Shown: positions 1 through 13,219 of the stretch, in pieces | Position numbering within the stretch: position 1 is the first letter of the stretch | Layout: every line of letters starts with the position of its first letter | NCBI GenBank assembly: GCA_002269645.1 | Contig: NIVC01000302.1 | Span: 626,303-690,302, forward strand | From: Macrostomum lignano | Taxonomy: Eukaryota | DNA: 64,000 bases | Direction of reading: 5' to 3' | Position numbers and translations under genes: made by a program | Notes under the pieces: model-generated | What the model saw: the letters and a program-made list of their open reading frames with translations, nothing else | What the model was told of the DNA's origin: nothing | The model's database searches: none

Positions 1-1640
1 AAAGACGCAAGGAGACAGGGAGAGAGAGAAAGGGGAAGAGAAAGTGAGAGTGGAGGGGGAGAGACGGGGAGAAAAGTGAGAGTGAAGGGAGAGAGGCAGG
101 GAGAAAAGTGAGAGTGAAGGGAGAGAGGCAGGGAGAAAAGTGAGAGTGAAGGGAGAGAGACAGGGAGAAAAGTGAAGGGAGAAGAGACAGGGAGAAAAGT
201 GAGAGTGAAGGGAGAGAGACAGGGAGAAAAGTGAAGGGAGAAGAGACAGGGAGAAAAGTGAGAGTGAAGGGAGAGAGACAGGAAGAAAAGTGAAGGGAGA
301 AGAGACAGGGAGAAAAGTGAGAGTGAAGGGAGAGAGACAGGGAGAAAAGTGAAGGGAGAGAGACAGGGAGAAAAAGTGAAGGGAGAGAGACAGGGAGAAA
401 AGTGAGAGTGAAGGGAGAGAGACAGGGAGAAAAGTGAAGGGAGAAGAGACAGGGAGAAAAGTGAGAGTGAAGGGAGAGAGACAGGGAGAAAAGTGAAGGG
501 AGAGAGACAGGCAGAAAAGTGAGAGTGAAGGGAGAGAGGCAGGGAGAAAAGTGAGAGTGAAGGGAGAGAGGCAGGGAGAAAAGTGAGAGTGAAGGGAGAG
601 AGACAGGGAGAAAAGTGAAGGGAGAGAGACAGGCAGAAAAGTGAGAGTGAAGGGAGAGAGGCAGGGAGAAAAGTGAGAGTGAAGGGAGAGAGACAGGGAG
701 AAAAGTGAAGGGAGAAGAGACAGGGAGAAAAGTGAGAGTGAAGGGAGAGAGACAGGGAGAAAAAGTGAAGGGAGAGAGACAGGCAGAAAAGTGAGAGTGA
801 AGGGAGAGAGGCAGGGAGAAAAGTGAGAGTGAAGGGAGAGAGGCAGGGAGAAAAGTGAGAGTGAAGGGAGAGAGACAGGGAGAAAAGTGAAGGGAGAAGA
901 GACAGGCAGAAAAGTGAGAGTGAAGGGAGAGAGGCAGGGAGAAAAGTGAGAGTGAAGGGAGAGAGACAGGGAGAAAAGTGAAGGGAGAAGAGACAGGGAG
1001 AAAAGTGAGAGTGAAGGGAGAGAGACAGGGAGAAAAGTGAAGGGAGAAGAGACAGGCAGAAAAGTGAGAGTGAAGGGAGAGAGGCAGGGAGAAAAGTGAG
1101 AGTGAAGGGAGAGAGGCAGGGAGAAAAGTGAGAGTGAAGGGAGAGAGACAGGGAGAAAAGTGAAGGGAGAAGAGACAGGCAGAAAAGTGAGAGTGAAGGG
1201 AGAGAGGCAGGGAGAAAAGTGAGAGTGAAGGGAGAGAGGCAGGGAGAAAAGTGAGAGTGAAGGGAGAGAGACAGGGAGAAAAGTGAAGGGAGAAGAGACA
1301 GGGAGAAAAGTGAGAGTGAAGGGAGAGAGACAGGGAGAAAAGTGAAGGGAGAAGAGACAGGGAGAAAAGTGAAGGGAGAGAGACAGGCAGAAAAGTGAGA
1401 GTGAAGGGAGAGAGGCAGGGAGAAAAGTGAGAGTGAAGGGAGAGAGGCAGGGAGAAAAGTGAGAGTGAAGGGAGAGAGACAGGGAGAAAAGTGAGAGTGA
1501 AGGGAGAGAGACAGGGAGAAAAGTGAGAGTGAAGGGAGAGAGGCAGGGAGAAAAGTGAGAGTGAAGGGAGAGAGGCAGGGAGAGAGGCAGGGAGAGAGAC
1601 AGGGAGAAAAGTGAGAGTGAAGGGAGAGAGACAGACAGAT
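1..1640. repeat. Purine-rich minisatellite, 32-bp unit with 26-bp variant (runs off the window start)
   Basis: Seen: GGGAGAAAAGTGAGAGTGAAGGGAGAGAGACA repeated, interspersed with units lacking GAGAGT. Confidence 0.97.
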
Positions 1641-2400
1641 AGAGAGACGAGCAGTGAGACAGGCCGAGACAGACAGAGACCGCGAGAGCAAGCATTGAGA
1701 CTTCAGAATGCGTGCCTGCACAAAGCAGAACTGTTGCATTTCAACACAATGGTACTGTATGATTAGACTCAAAAAATCTCTAGCGAAAGTTTTGGCACCG
1801 ATTGCTTGACTCGGAAGAAAAAGCACGCAGACAAAGAGACAATAATATTGGTACATATTGATTCTGGGGTGTCGCGCGGACCAGCCGTGTTGATGAGGGG
1901 GGATATTTAATGAAAAAAATGAATCGAATCCTCATAGAGACAAGCCTGGCAGTGGGTTTAGCTGGTCTCCGGGTGAAATGATAAAAAAGCAAGTCCCAAG
2001 GGGAGAGCTTAGCGGGTGGGCCCCAAACCCCAATGCCCCCCGAAAGCAATGCCCGCAGTGCTTTCACTTCTCTTCAATGCACTCAATTTGAGCAATGACA
2101 ACTCAGCTGCGCTCAACTGAATTCTCCTAGCGATTGGCATACATGTATATTAATATTATAATCATTGTTATTGTGTAGGTCCACTTTGTTGAGAGGTATA
2201 AAAAATTCATTTAATCTATAACCAGACTCCGTGACCAAGTCGGACTGCATTTCTACAATATAGTGTCTCAAATTAAATATGAAAATATGAAACTCTTCTT
2301 GTTAGCAAAGTTGGCTGCCAAAAACGGTGTTTAAACAGAGAGTGTTCGAAAATACTATTGCGTGTCAATAGACAGTCGGTTATTAATTACAGATTCGTGT

Positions 2401-2970
2401 GGGGCATTGGGAAGGGGAGAAAGGCTAGTTGAAAAATGAGAGTGGAGGTGGAGACAGATAAAGACAGAAGGGAGAGAAGAGAAGGTGGAGCATTGGGAAG
2501 GGAGAGAAGAGAAGATAGAGCATTGGGAAGGGAGAGAAGAGAAGATAGAGCATTGGGAAGGGAGGGGAGAGAAAATGCTCATAAGCATTGAGAAGGGAGG
2601 GGAGAGAAGAAGGTAGAGCATTGAGAAGGGAGGGGAGAGAAGATGGTAGGGCATTGGGAAGGGAGGGGGAGAGAAGAAGGTAGAGCATTGGGAAGGGAGG
2701 GGAGAGAAGATGGTAGGGCATTGGGAAGGGAGGGGGAGAGAAGAAGGTAGGGCAATGGGAAGGGAGGGGAGAGAAGATGGTAGGGCATTGGGAAGGGAGG
2801 GGGAGAGAAGAAGGTAGAGCATTGGGAAGGGAGGGGAGAGAAGATGGTAGAGCATTGGGAAGGGAGGGGAGAGAAGAAGGTAGAGCATTGGGAAGGGAGG
2901 GGAGAGAAGAAGGTAGGGCATTGGGAAGGGAGGGGAGAGAAAATGCTCATAGGCATTGAGAAGGGATGAA
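2401..2970. repeat. Purine-rich minisatellite, ~33-bp unit
   Basis: Seen: GCATTGGGAAGGGAGGGGAGAGAAGAAGGTAGA repeats; explains the 11-aa periodic ORFs at 2355-3050. Confidence 0.95.
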
Positions 2971-3764
2971 AAGAGGTGAGAAGAGTTGAGAAGGGGAGAG
3001 TGAAAGAGGGTGAAAGGGAGAGAGACAGAAGCAGAAGAGAGGCAAGACAACGTAGAAAAAGATTAAAAGATAAGCCAGCCCAATATTATTCCCCGAACTG
3101 GAAGCCATCCACAGATGAAGTTTTTCACTTCCTGATATCGCTCTCTCTCCCCCAGCCCCTTAGCAACAATAATCCCCGGAGACCATGAGCGCCAGTCTAA
3201 TTAATGTCCGGCTTGTATGGCACTGGGACAGCCAAAAATTTTCAGCTCAAGTTACAACAACTCTGACCGCTATTTGTGTTAATGTATGGTAGCCACCCCC
3301 CAGCTAATTTACAGCTCTAATGCTAGGTAGGCCATTAGGACTAGGTATTGAGTTTCACTCCCCAGTCATTAGATGGGGCAATACGAGAGCCAGAGATCGG
3401 AAGCTCGATCTACAGGTTTACTTTGGCTTTGTTCGGGGGGCAGAAAAATTCCATGCAAAAATTCTCTTTAACAGAGAACTCCCATTGTTTGAGGTGTGAA
3501 TTCCAAGGACTTGCTTGAGTCCTGTTCAATTTCAACCAGTCTCCAGGACTCTGGGAGTCCGGTGACCGAGACTCAGACCATAGTTAATTAATTACTGTGA
3601 TTCCAATTGTCACAGCTGTGAACTCAGACTGGGAGAACAAATCTGCACTCGAAACTGTTTTATGCTCGTCTGCTTTTTGAAGCTTTAATTTTAGTTGCCT
3701 GTACTTTGCCTTTTTCTGCAACCGCTTTCTGGGATTGCGTCTCATCCATATCGCAACATTCTGT

Positions 3765-4395
3765 CTCATCCCCTCTCATTACCTATCTCATCTTCTGTCT
3801 TAACATATTTCTCATCTCTTAGCTCACTATCTCATCCTTTCTCTCATCTCTTACCTGTGTATCTCTCATCTCCAATCTCACCCTCTCTCTCATCCCTTAC
3901 CTATCTATCTCTCTCATCTCCTATCTCACCCTTTCTCTCATCTCTTACCTGTGTATCTCTCATCTCCAATCTCACCCTCTCTCTCATGTCTTACTTATCT
4001 ATCTCTCTCATCTCCTATCTCACCCTTTCTCTCATCTCTTACCTGTGTATCTCTCATCTCCAATCTCACCCTCTCTCTCATCCCTTACCTATCAATCTCT
4101 CTCATCTCCTATCTCACCCTTTCTCTCATCTCTTACCTGTGTATCTCTCATCTCCAATCTCACCCTCTCTCTCATCCCTTACCTATCCATCTCTCTCATA
4201 TCTTATCTCACCCTTTCTCTCATCTCTTACCTGTGTATCTCTCATCTCCAATCTCACCCTCTCTCTCATCCCTTACCTATCTATCTCTCTCATATCTTAT
4301 CTCACCTGTGTATCTCTCATCTCTCACCTGTGTATCTCTCATCTCCAATCTCACCCCTCTCTCTCTTCCCTTACCTCTCTATCTCTCTCATCTCA
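3765..4395. repeat. Pyrimidine-rich tandem repeat, ~94-bp unit
   Basis: Seen: CCTGTGTATCTCTCATCTCCAATCTCACCC recurs at ~3854, 3948, 4042, 4136 and 4230. Confidence 0.93.
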
Positions 4396-4854
4396 TCTTG
4401 TAGTAGATTTAGTTCATTGTCAGTCTTGTATAATTTTTTGAGTCCCCTCACGACATTGCTTGAACTTCAACCAACTCAAAGTCACTTTCCCCTCCGGAGA
4501 CGGCTCTCCAGTCCTCTTGCAAAGCAATTCTCTCCTTTGCTTGCCTCTCCTAGAAGATAAGCTGTCCCTTGTTACCATTGGCCGCGAACTGCTCATCCAC
4601 CCCACTCCTACTCAACTCCGGGGGGACCCCCTGGGGTGGGTGGCCTCCGGCCCAGTTCGGGCTGCTCGGTGAGATAAATAAATCCCCAGCAGGAGCTGCC
4701 GCCACAGCTGTCCAAAGAAATTTTCTTGTGCTGCCAAATCCATCCATCTGCCTTGCACTCTGCTCTGCGTTCGGCTGGGAATTCTACTGCAGCACTGGTG
4801 AGCAAACAACTCAATTTGTTTTATTTGCTTCTTCACTTGTGAGTAGATAACGGG

Positions 4855-5460
4855 ATTGAGAATGGGATTGAGAGTGAAATTAGTTGTTAGATTCTTTGTG
4901 AGATTTCGGATGAGATTTCTAAAGAGGGTGAGATTAAGTGTGAGATTAATTTGTGACATTTTGGATGCTACTTAGGGTGAGATTTCGGATCAGCTTGAAA
5001 GTGAAATTGAGGGTGAGATTTCGGATGATATTTTGGATGAGAGTGAGAATGAGATTTTGAATGAGATTGAGGGTGAGATTTTGGGTGAGATTGAGGATGA
5101 GACTTCAGATGAGACTTCAGATGAGATTTAGAGTGAGAATTTAGGATGAGATTGAGGGTGAGATTTCAGATGAGATTTAGAGTGAGAAGTTAGGATGAGA
5201 TTAAGGGTGAGATTTCAGATGAGATTTAGAGTGAGAAGTTAAGATGAGGTTGAGGGTGAGATTTTGGATGAGATTTAGAGTGAGAAGTTAGGATGAGATT
5301 GAGGGTGAGAGTTCGAATGAGATTTAGAATGAGAAGTTAGGATGAGATTGAGGGTGAGATTTCGGATGAGGTTTAGGATGAGATTAAGGGTGAAATTTTG
5401 AATGACATGAGACTGAGGTTTTGGATGAGACTTTGTATAAGATTAAGATTGAGAAGGAAT
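4855..5460. repeat. Degenerate GAGATT/GGGTGA-based tandem repeat
   Basis: Seen: recurring GAGATTGAGGGTGAGATTTCGGAT-like motifs. Confidence 0.85.
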
Positions 5461-7554
5461 TGAAACTGAGATCATGGAATCAGAGAGTAGCAACCAAAGC
5501 ATAATCCACCTGATAATTAGAATGGTCAATTAAAAAATCGCAATGAAAGCTTTTCCACAGCAAAATATTGATAAATCGTCAATAAAAACCGAAGATCGGT
5601 AAATCAAATCCCATACTGCCCAAATATTAGATTGTTGACTCCTCAGATTAAACAGGGCCACAGTCCGAGAGGCGTGAAATCCGCCTCCTCGCTGGTGGTC
5701 CTTCATCGCAGAATCAGTTGGACTCAGGCCAAACTGTCTGTCTTATTATTATTATTCAAAAGTCGCGTGAGCCTCCTAGTAGAAGAAATTAATGGCATAG
5801 CAATTTTTATCTTTTAGTGACCCACCGCAGCCCCAGATCGCTATGGGAGCGGTCAGGGGGTGTTTAGAGTGGGGGGGGGGCGAAGATCCATTCAAGCGGA
5901 AACAACGGGACGCGAAGGGCTACTCTCGGGGAGAAATCTCCCCTATATTCCCATATAGCTACAGCTAGGGGGGGGGGGACTTAATGGAGACAGTCCCGCC
6001 ACTGTTGCCGAGAGCCAGACCCCCCCCCCAAGACCTCATTTCCTATCGAACACAGAGAGTTGGCAGCCGGCCTGGTGTGGCTGTAATAACGGGGCCAGGG
6101 GTAGGGGAACGCGCGGGGAAGCGGTCATCATAAAGCACAGATGAGCATCAGGGAGGTTAAGTCCGAGCTGACAAGATCTGACAGCAACGGTCGGGCAGTT
6201 CCGTGTTTGACTTGGCAGTGGCGGTCCCGCTGCCCGCCTACAAGGCAAGGGCGGCACAAAGTGGACAGTGGGCGAGTTTATTGAACGATTTTCATTAATA
6301 ACCCCCTTGGCAACCAAATATAAAAGCCAAAGTAGCTTCATCAGACTACCAGTTGCCTTCCAGGCTCTGAGATCTCACAGAGAGCCTCTTCAGCACCGGT
6401 TTCCTAACTGCACCCACTTCACTCCCGACCGCGTTAGAACAGGGGACTCAAATAGGGGTGCTTGTGAGCACTGGCTAACAACAATGCCCATCACAGCTAG
6501 TGGCCTCGCCTCGGGGGTACTCTGGCAAAAATTCCAATTTCAATTAGAAGCAGCCAAAGCGCCCCAGATTCTGTCAACAACACACCAAAAGCTCTGTTGC
6601 TAAGTCTCCGAATTTGTCAAATAAAACAGGGGGTTCAGTTCTAGGAAATGATGAGTTCTGAGCCTTAGCAGAAGATGATGCTTGAGATGCAGCGCCGGAG
6701 TCTGCATTTGACAGCTTATACTGTTGCGTCACCGAAAAATGAACGCAATCTCGCAATCTTTGTCGGCTGCGGTCTCTGGGCAGAACCCGAGTCGTGTAGG
6801 CATTGTATAATAGCAAAAAATGCGATTCCTTGCTCAAATATTGATTACAAATTCCCAGGAAAAAACCCTTAAAGAAGTTAAAAGAATTCCCAAAACCTAA
6901 CGCCAGATGTGCCGCAGTGAAGCCTCTCCTTGCTCTCAGTCTGACCCTCCGTGGCTCCGACTCGGCTTTATCAGTATAGGGTTGTCAATCAAAGTAGAAA
7001 CGGCTGGGGAGCTGGGAAAATAAAATGGGGTGGTGGGAGTGAAGAACTTCCGTGATTGAGAGCTCCGGTTCTGTGCCGTTGGCAGCAAGATCCGTCAAAC
7101 AATAGCAAACAAAAGAGGCCTTGGAAACAGCGTGTCCCAGATAAGGCAGTAATTATCAGTTGAGTTGAGATTTTTGTCAGCATTGTTTAATATTTGATTG
7201 GGCTTGAAGCAGAAGAATTAACAGATTAGAGACTTGGAGAGAGGGCGAGAGATAAGGGAGGGGAGGCATAGCAAAGGCGGGAGGGGGCGGTTCGAGTAGG
7301 TTGAAGAGGCAAACAGTGATGACCAAGAGGAGCAACAGGGAGGGGGGGGTTAATTAAAAATATCGCCTACAGGTAAAAACGGAACGGTTGGGAGAAATCA
7401 ATAACTGCGTTTTGCCTCTTAGGGGCGGCATGACAACTAAAATTGGCCTTGATAACTTGCCCGGGGCATTTGCACAATGCTAGTCATGCCAATTATGTCC
7501 CAGGTAAGGGCCCAAGTTATAGTAGTGTTTATCCATCTCTATCTACCTACCTTG

Positions 7555-8308
7555 GGGCGATTCTTGGGGGGGGGGCGATTCTCGCGGGGTGATTCTCGCG
7601 GGGGTGATTCTCGCGGGGGCGATTCTCGCGGGGGGCGATTCTCGCGGGGGCGATTCTAGCGGGAGGCGATTCTCGCGGGAGGCGATTCTCGCGGGAGGCG
7701 ATTCTCGCGGGAGGCGATTCTAGCGGGAGGCGATTATCGCATGGGGGCGATTCTCGCGGGGGCGATTCTAGCGGGAGGCGATTCTCGCGGGGGCGATTCT
7801 CGCGGGGGTGATTCTCGCGGGGGCGATTCTCGCGGGGGGCGATTCTCGCGGGGGCGATTCTAGCGGGAGGCGATTCTCGCGGGAGGCGATTCTCGCGGGA
7901 GGCGATTCTCGCGGGAGGCGATTCTAGCGGGAGGCGATTATCGCATGGGGGCGATTCTCGCGGGGGCGATTCTAGCGGGAGGCGATTCTCGCGGGGGCGA
8001 TTCTCGCGGGGTGATTCTCGCGGGGGCGATTCTCGCGGGGGGCGATTCTCGCGGGGGCGATTCTAGCGGGAGGCGATTCTCGCGGGAGGCGATTCTCGCG
8101 GGAGGCGATTCTCGCGGGAGGCGATTCTAGCGGGAGGCGATTATCGCATGGGGGCGATTCTCGCGGGGGCGATTCTAGCGGGAGGCGATTCTCGCGGGAG
8201 GCGATTCTCGCGGGAGGCGATTCTCGCGGGAGGCGATTCTAGCGGGAGGCGATTATCGCATGGGGGCGATTCTCGCGGGGGGCGATTCTCGCGGGGGGCG
8301 ATTCTCGC
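7555..8308. repeat. CpG-rich 16-17-bp minisatellite with higher-order structure
   Basis: Seen: GGGGGCGATTCTCGCG / GGGAGGCGATTCTAGCG units; the variant ATTATCGCATGG recurs at ~7736, 7940, 8143 and 8255. Confidence 0.95.
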
Positions 8309-9334
8309 ATAAGGATAAGAGAAAGCAGCAGCATGAGTCACTGCAGTTCCTGAGCTTCCATCTGAGCCTTAAAATTCGGACCAGAAATTTGATTATGCAT
8401 TCCAGTGAGGCTCCTGGGGTGAATCACGCACAGACAGGAGAGCCCGACATCAGCTATTTAGATAAATGATTCGAAGCTGAAACTTCCCAGCGATCTGCAT
8501 CTTCAATCTCTTTTTTTATTTTCCTTCGGTAACCCCCGCGCCGAACTGGGACTGGGAGAGAGTCAAATCAAATCAGCGATCCATTTTGCTTATCGCTTCG
8601 CTGAGTCTTTGTCAGGATTGCGCCGATAAAAAGGCGCATGAGCACACAAAGACCAACTATAGCTGCTGCTCAAATCAGTCTTAGTTACCCTCGCAGCACT
8701 GCCTCCCTTCCCCCCGAAGTTTTGATTGATGCCAGCCAGCCAGGATCACGTGACCAAACTAGATAGCCATTCTAGGAAAGAAAGAGAAAGGCAAGGAGGC
8801 GGCGCTGTTGTTGCAACCACTGTCTAATAGGATCAATTTCCCTAACAATAGCCGGCGCGATAAATCCCATTGTCAGGACGTGTCAAGCCACGCGACTTCC
8901 CGACGTCTCAAACTCTTGGCGTCAGCTCAAAGTCGCCGGGATCAAACTAGCCCGGGGATGAGGAGAATCTTTCTGATCAAAACGCTCCCAGCTCGGCGGG
9001 GAGGCCGGGGAGGCACAGCGGGGAGGCCGGGGGGGGGGGTTGCGCAAAGACTGCCGCTAGCCCGGGAGCTTCTCTTGCTCGAAGGGACAACCAGCAAGAC
9101 GAGAATCCCCAAGAGTAATTGATGGGACAATGGCGGCTCGGGGCGGGCTAATTAAGGGATGCGCTGGGCGCAGTAGGGAGGGGGACGCCAGCCAGTCATG
9201 AGCTCCTCGCAGCTTCCACCAATAGCTTCATCATCTCAGCAGCATCTGCCTTGAGTATAGCCATATACATGCATAAAAATTCATGCTATCTGCACTCCGC
9301 TTCAAATTTTGCACCGCCAGACGGACCGCAGCGA

Positions 9335-10129
9335 ATGACGTCATCCAAGGAGAACTCCGCACTGCCCGCGGCTGCTGCGCCTCCGGCCAAGGAGCGGAAA
9401 AAGAAGTCAGCTAAAGCAGCAGCAGCGGGAGCAGCAGAACCTTCATCGGAGCCGGCAGCCGCGGTCCGCGTGCCCAAGAAGCGCGGCCCCAAGAAGAAGC
9501 AGATGACGCCGGAGCGCGTGGCGAAGCTGCGCCAGCGCCGGGTGCGCGCCAACGCGCGCGAACGCAGCCGCATGCACGGGCTGAACGAGGCGCTGGACAC
9601 GCTGCGTCGCTACGTCCCGTGCGGCGCCCAGGCGCACCGGCTGAGCAAGATTGAGACGCTGCGCCTGTCCAGGAACTACATCCTGGCGCTGGGCGACATC
9701 CTCCGGTCCGGGCAGCCACCGGACCCGCTGGCGTTCGCTCGCACCCTGACCAGCGGCCTGTCGCAGAGCACCGCCAACCTGCTGGCCGGCTCGCTGCAGG
9801 TCAATCCCAGACTCCTGGCGCCTCATCATCACCTGCAGCAGCAGCAGCAGCAGCATCCTGAGCAGCAGCATCAGCAGCCTCCGGGAAGCGAGGAGGACTG
9901 CCTGCCGGATGACCTGAGCTCGCTAGCCTGGAGTCCTCAGCCCGCGATCGCCGCTCCGGTTGCAGCTCCGGTCCGGTGTCCCGCGTCCGCTGGAATCGAA
10001 CTCCCGACCTACCATCCTACTCAGGAGGAGTGCCACCATCCGGGCTATCAGCAGGCAGCGCTGGACCCGCGCCAGCTGGATGCAACTGGCCGATTCGTTG
10101 ATTTCTGGCGACTGGCCAACTCTCAGTAG
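9335..10129 (+). CDS. neuroD: NeuroD-family bHLH transcription factor, intronless
   Basis: Seen: [48 protein letters not shown]...[17 protein letters not shown], followed by [26 protein letters not shown]. Known: this matches the NeuroD bHLH and the NeuroD-specific post-HLH domain ([21 protein letters not shown] in vertebrates). ATG 9335 chosen as start; an in-frame ATG at 9269 is possible. Confidence 0.95.
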   Translation: MTSSKENSALPAAAAPPAKERKKKSAKAAAAGAAEPSSEPAAAVRVPKKRGPKKKQMTPERVAKLRQRRVRANARERSRMHGLNEALDTLRRYVPCGAQAHRLSKIETLRLSRNYILALGDILRSGQPPDPLAFARTLTSGLSQSTANLLAGSLQVNPRLLAPHHHLQQQQQQHPEQQHQQPPGSEEDCLPDDLSSLAWSPQPAIAAPVAAPVRCPASAGIELPTYHPTQEECHHPGYQQAALDPRQLDATGRFVDFWRLANSQ

Positions 10130-10624
10130 TATGTGCAGCATTTCATTCGCTGAATTTGCTCGGTGCAAAACTTCACTGGATTTAGAAGCCCCGAAGCGAC
10201 TTTCACGTTAGGGAATATTTTTTGCCGAAGCCAACAATTTCTACTTTGAGCTTTTACTCTGAAACGAAATAGTGTCAAAACAGTCCGTGCTGAGGTCTCT
10301 AAGTTTAACAACTCTTTTATTGGTTCCCTGTGGTCTGAGGCCGTCACTTGAAAATAAGTTCTCTTTGTACTTATACTTCGAAGTAGTGCTCTCTGATTTA
10401 TATTGCGCGTTTGAGTCGCTTTGTCAGCTCTGCTGTCCGTATTTATTTGTTAATTAGACAGTTTTATTAATGCAATTAATGCCAAATATGGAATATATTG
10501 GTGCATGTGCAAATTTACTGCAAAGCTTTTTTAATTAGCTCTGTTTAATTGCATCAAGCTTGGAATGCAGATTGACAAGTGGCATCAATGATTTGTTTGG
10601 TTTCTGCGCTCCTAAGGAATATCT

Positions 10625-12415
10625 ATAGTGTCATATGCAGTGCAATAGTGTCAGATGCAGTGCAATAGTGTCAGATGCAGTGCAATAGTGTCAGATGCAG
10701 TGCAATAGTGTCAGATGCAGTGCAATAGTGTCAGATGCAGTGCAATAGTGTCAGATGCAGTGCGATAGTTTCAGATACAGTGCAATAGTGTCAGATGCAG
10801 TGCAATAGTGTCAGATGCAGTGCGATAGTGTCAGATGCAGTGCAATAGTGTCAGATACAGTGCAATAGTGTCAGATGCAGTGCAATAGTGTCAGATGCAG
10901 TGCAATAGTGTCAGATGCAGTGCAATAGTGTCAGATGCAGTGCAATAGTGTCAGATACAGTGCAATAGTGTCAGATGCAGTGCAATAGTGTCAGATGCAG
11001 TGCAATAGTGTCAGATGCAGTGCAATAGTGTCAGATGCAGTGCAATAGTGTCAGATGCAGTGCGATAGTTTCAGATACAGTGCAATAGTGTCAGATGCAG
11101 TGCAATAGTGTCAGATGCAGTGCGATAGTGTCAGATGCAGTGCAATAGTGTCAGATACAGTGCAATAGTGTCAGATGCAGTGCGATAGTTTCAGATACAG
11201 TGCAATAGTGTCAGATGCAGTGCAATAGTGTCAGATGCAGTGCGATAGTGTCAGATGCAGTGCAATAGTGTCAGATGCAGTGCAATAGTGTCAGATGCAG
11301 TGCAATAGTGTCAGATGCAGTGCAATAGTGTCAGATGCAGTGCGATAGTTTCAGATACAGTGCAATAGTGTCAGATGCAGTGCAATAGTGTCAGATGCAG
11401 TGCGATAGTGTCAGATACAGTGCAATAGTGTCAGATGCAGTGCAATAGTGTCAGATGCAGTGCGATAGTGTCAGATGCAGTGCAATAGTGTCAGATACAG
11501 TGCAATAGTGTCAGATGCAGTGCGATAGTTTCAGATACAGTGCAATAGTGTCAGATGCAGTGCAATAGTGTCAGATGCAGTGCGATAGTGTCAGATGCAG
11601 TGCAATAGTGTCAGATGCAGTGCAATAGTGTCAGATGCAGTGCAATAGTGTCAGATGCAGTGCAATAGTGTCAGATACAGTGCAATAGTGTCAGATGCAG
11701 TGCAATAGTGTCAGATGCAGTGCAATAGTGTCAGATGCAGTGCAATAGTGTCAGATGCAGTGCAATAGTGTCAGATGCAGTGCAATAGTGTCAGATACAG
11801 TGCAATAGTGTCAGATGCAGTGCGATACTGTCAGATACAGTGCAATAGTGTCAGATGCAGTGCGATAGTGTCAGATGCAGTGCAATAGTGTCAGATGCAG
11901 TGCAATAGTGTCAGATGCAGTGCGATAGTGTCAGATGCAGTGCAATAGTATCAGATGCAGTGCAATAGTGTCAGATGCAGTGCGATAGTGTCAGATGCAG
12001 TGCAATAGTGTCAGATGCAGTGCGATAGTGTCAGATGCAGTGCAATAGTGTCAGATGCAGTTGAATAGTGTCAGGTGCAGTTGAATAGTGTCAGATGCAG
12101 TGCAATAGTGTCAGATGCAGTGCAATAGTGTCAGATGCAGTTGAATAGTGTCAGGTGCAGTTGAATAGTGTCAGATGCAGTGCAATAGTGTCAGATGCAG
12201 TGCGATAGTGTCAGATGCAGTGCAATAGTGTCAGATGCAGTGCGATAGTGTCAGGTGCAGTTGAATAGTGTCAGATGCAGTGCAATAGTGTCAGATGCAG
12301 TGCAATAGTGTCAGATGCAGTGCGATAGTGTCAGATGCAGTGCGATAGTGTCAGATGCAGTGCAATAGTTTGAGATGCAGTGCGATAGTGTCAGATGCAG
12401 TTGAATAGTGTCAGA
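10625..12415. repeat. 20-bp satellite, ~89 copies
   Basis: Seen: GTGTCAGATGCAGTGCAATA with recurring variants (GCGATAGTTTCAGATAC; TTGAATAG near the right end). Confidence 0.98.
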
Positions 12416-12715
12416 TGATGAAGCGCTGTCATATACGACGCAATGGTGTCAGACGCTTTTAGTCTGGAGGAGGACCGTATGCACTCTGGCGCACTTGAAG
12501 CGCCATGCCAAAAAATGAAGCCTCATGTCAAACATAAAATATTAATTTGGGAATTGCTATAATGCTGCGACTCTTGAGGAGAATCGCAGAGCTGTCAAGG
12601 CTTACGTGGGAATTGCTGAGAGGTCAGAAGCTACGAAGCTCGTACATGCAGCATATTCAATTTTTTACTGCTAGTTACATTCTTCGTTGGCTCCCCAACG
12701 GGGGGGGGCAGCTGT

Positions 12716-12838
12716 CACACAACTGGCGAGAGGCATTGCTGCCAATTCTGCCGACTCCCCTGAGCAGGCACACAAGCGCGCGGATACGTACGCAGTCATA
12801 CGCACAGGCACACTCTCACACAGGAGTGTACAGCGGCC
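12716..12838. mobile_element. Dispersed repeat of unknown class; second copy inverted at 46927-47052
   Basis: Seen: the reverse complement CCGCTGTACACTCCTGTGTGAGAGTGTGCCTGTGCGTATGACTGCGTACGTATCCGCGCGCTTGTGTGCC aligns with few mismatches to 46927 onward. Confidence 0.8.
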
Positions 12839-12855
12839 CGAACTTTATTTATCGT

Positions 12856-13040
12856 TAGGCATGTACACTTCACTGTGCCTTGGGGGGGGGGGTTGGCCTT
12901 CAAGGCCGTTAATTGCATTGCACGAGCAGAGCCAAGCCGAGATTCCAATTTAGCCCCAAATTAATGTGACTGCACTGGGAATCGAGCCTGGGCCGCTGGC
13001 ACACCAGAGCGCCGCGCCAGACCACTGGGCTACGGCACCC
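12856..13040 (-). mobile_element. tRNA-derived SINE, family A, copy 1
   Basis: Seen on the minus strand: GGGTGCCGTAGCCCAGTGG (A-box-like)...GGCTCGATTCC (B-box-like), then a body shared with the copy at 28761-28945. Confidence 0.85.
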
Positions 13041-13219
13041 CATAAGATAAACTCAACTGTAAGTTAAAGAAATTTATAGAAAGGCAATAACAAAGGAAAC
13101 CAGAAAACAATTTTATTTACTCGCTTTACAAAATCTGCATTTTATGGCAAAATTAATGTTCACTGTGAATACTGACAATTTTGGCTATGTTGAGTCCTGA
13201 ATAGTGCATTGGGACATTT

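Noticed and set aside
2355-4560. Long Ser/Leu/Pro-rich ORFs
   Set aside because: Translations of stop-free purine/pyrimidine tandem repeats; open in several frames with no domain content.
4460-4850. GC-richer island with short ORFs and a GTGAG donor at ~4798 (possible exon or retroelement fragment)
   Set aside because: No recognisable motif and no partner exons could be linked.
5816-7200. Possible retroelement relic (GACEHWLTTMP resembles a CRE-type SWL motif) and hairpin at 5819-5858
   Set aside because: Similarity is limited to a few residues; no RT motifs, TSD or second copy.
9286-9871. Antisense ORFs over neuroD (likewise over SLC15, AAK1, lectin A, Gypsy and LINE)
   Set aside because: Shadow ORFs expected from GC-rich codon usage.
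10625-12415. Regular repeats as a possible CRISPR array (also 30885-31800 and 52965-54360)
   Set aside because: Units are head-to-tail with no unique spacers, there are no cas genes, and the context is eukaryotic.
12975-13040. tRNA gene (also 18195-18255 and 28880-28945)
   Set aside because: A/B boxes are present but run into shared SINE bodies found in multiple copies; no complete cloverleaf is evident.
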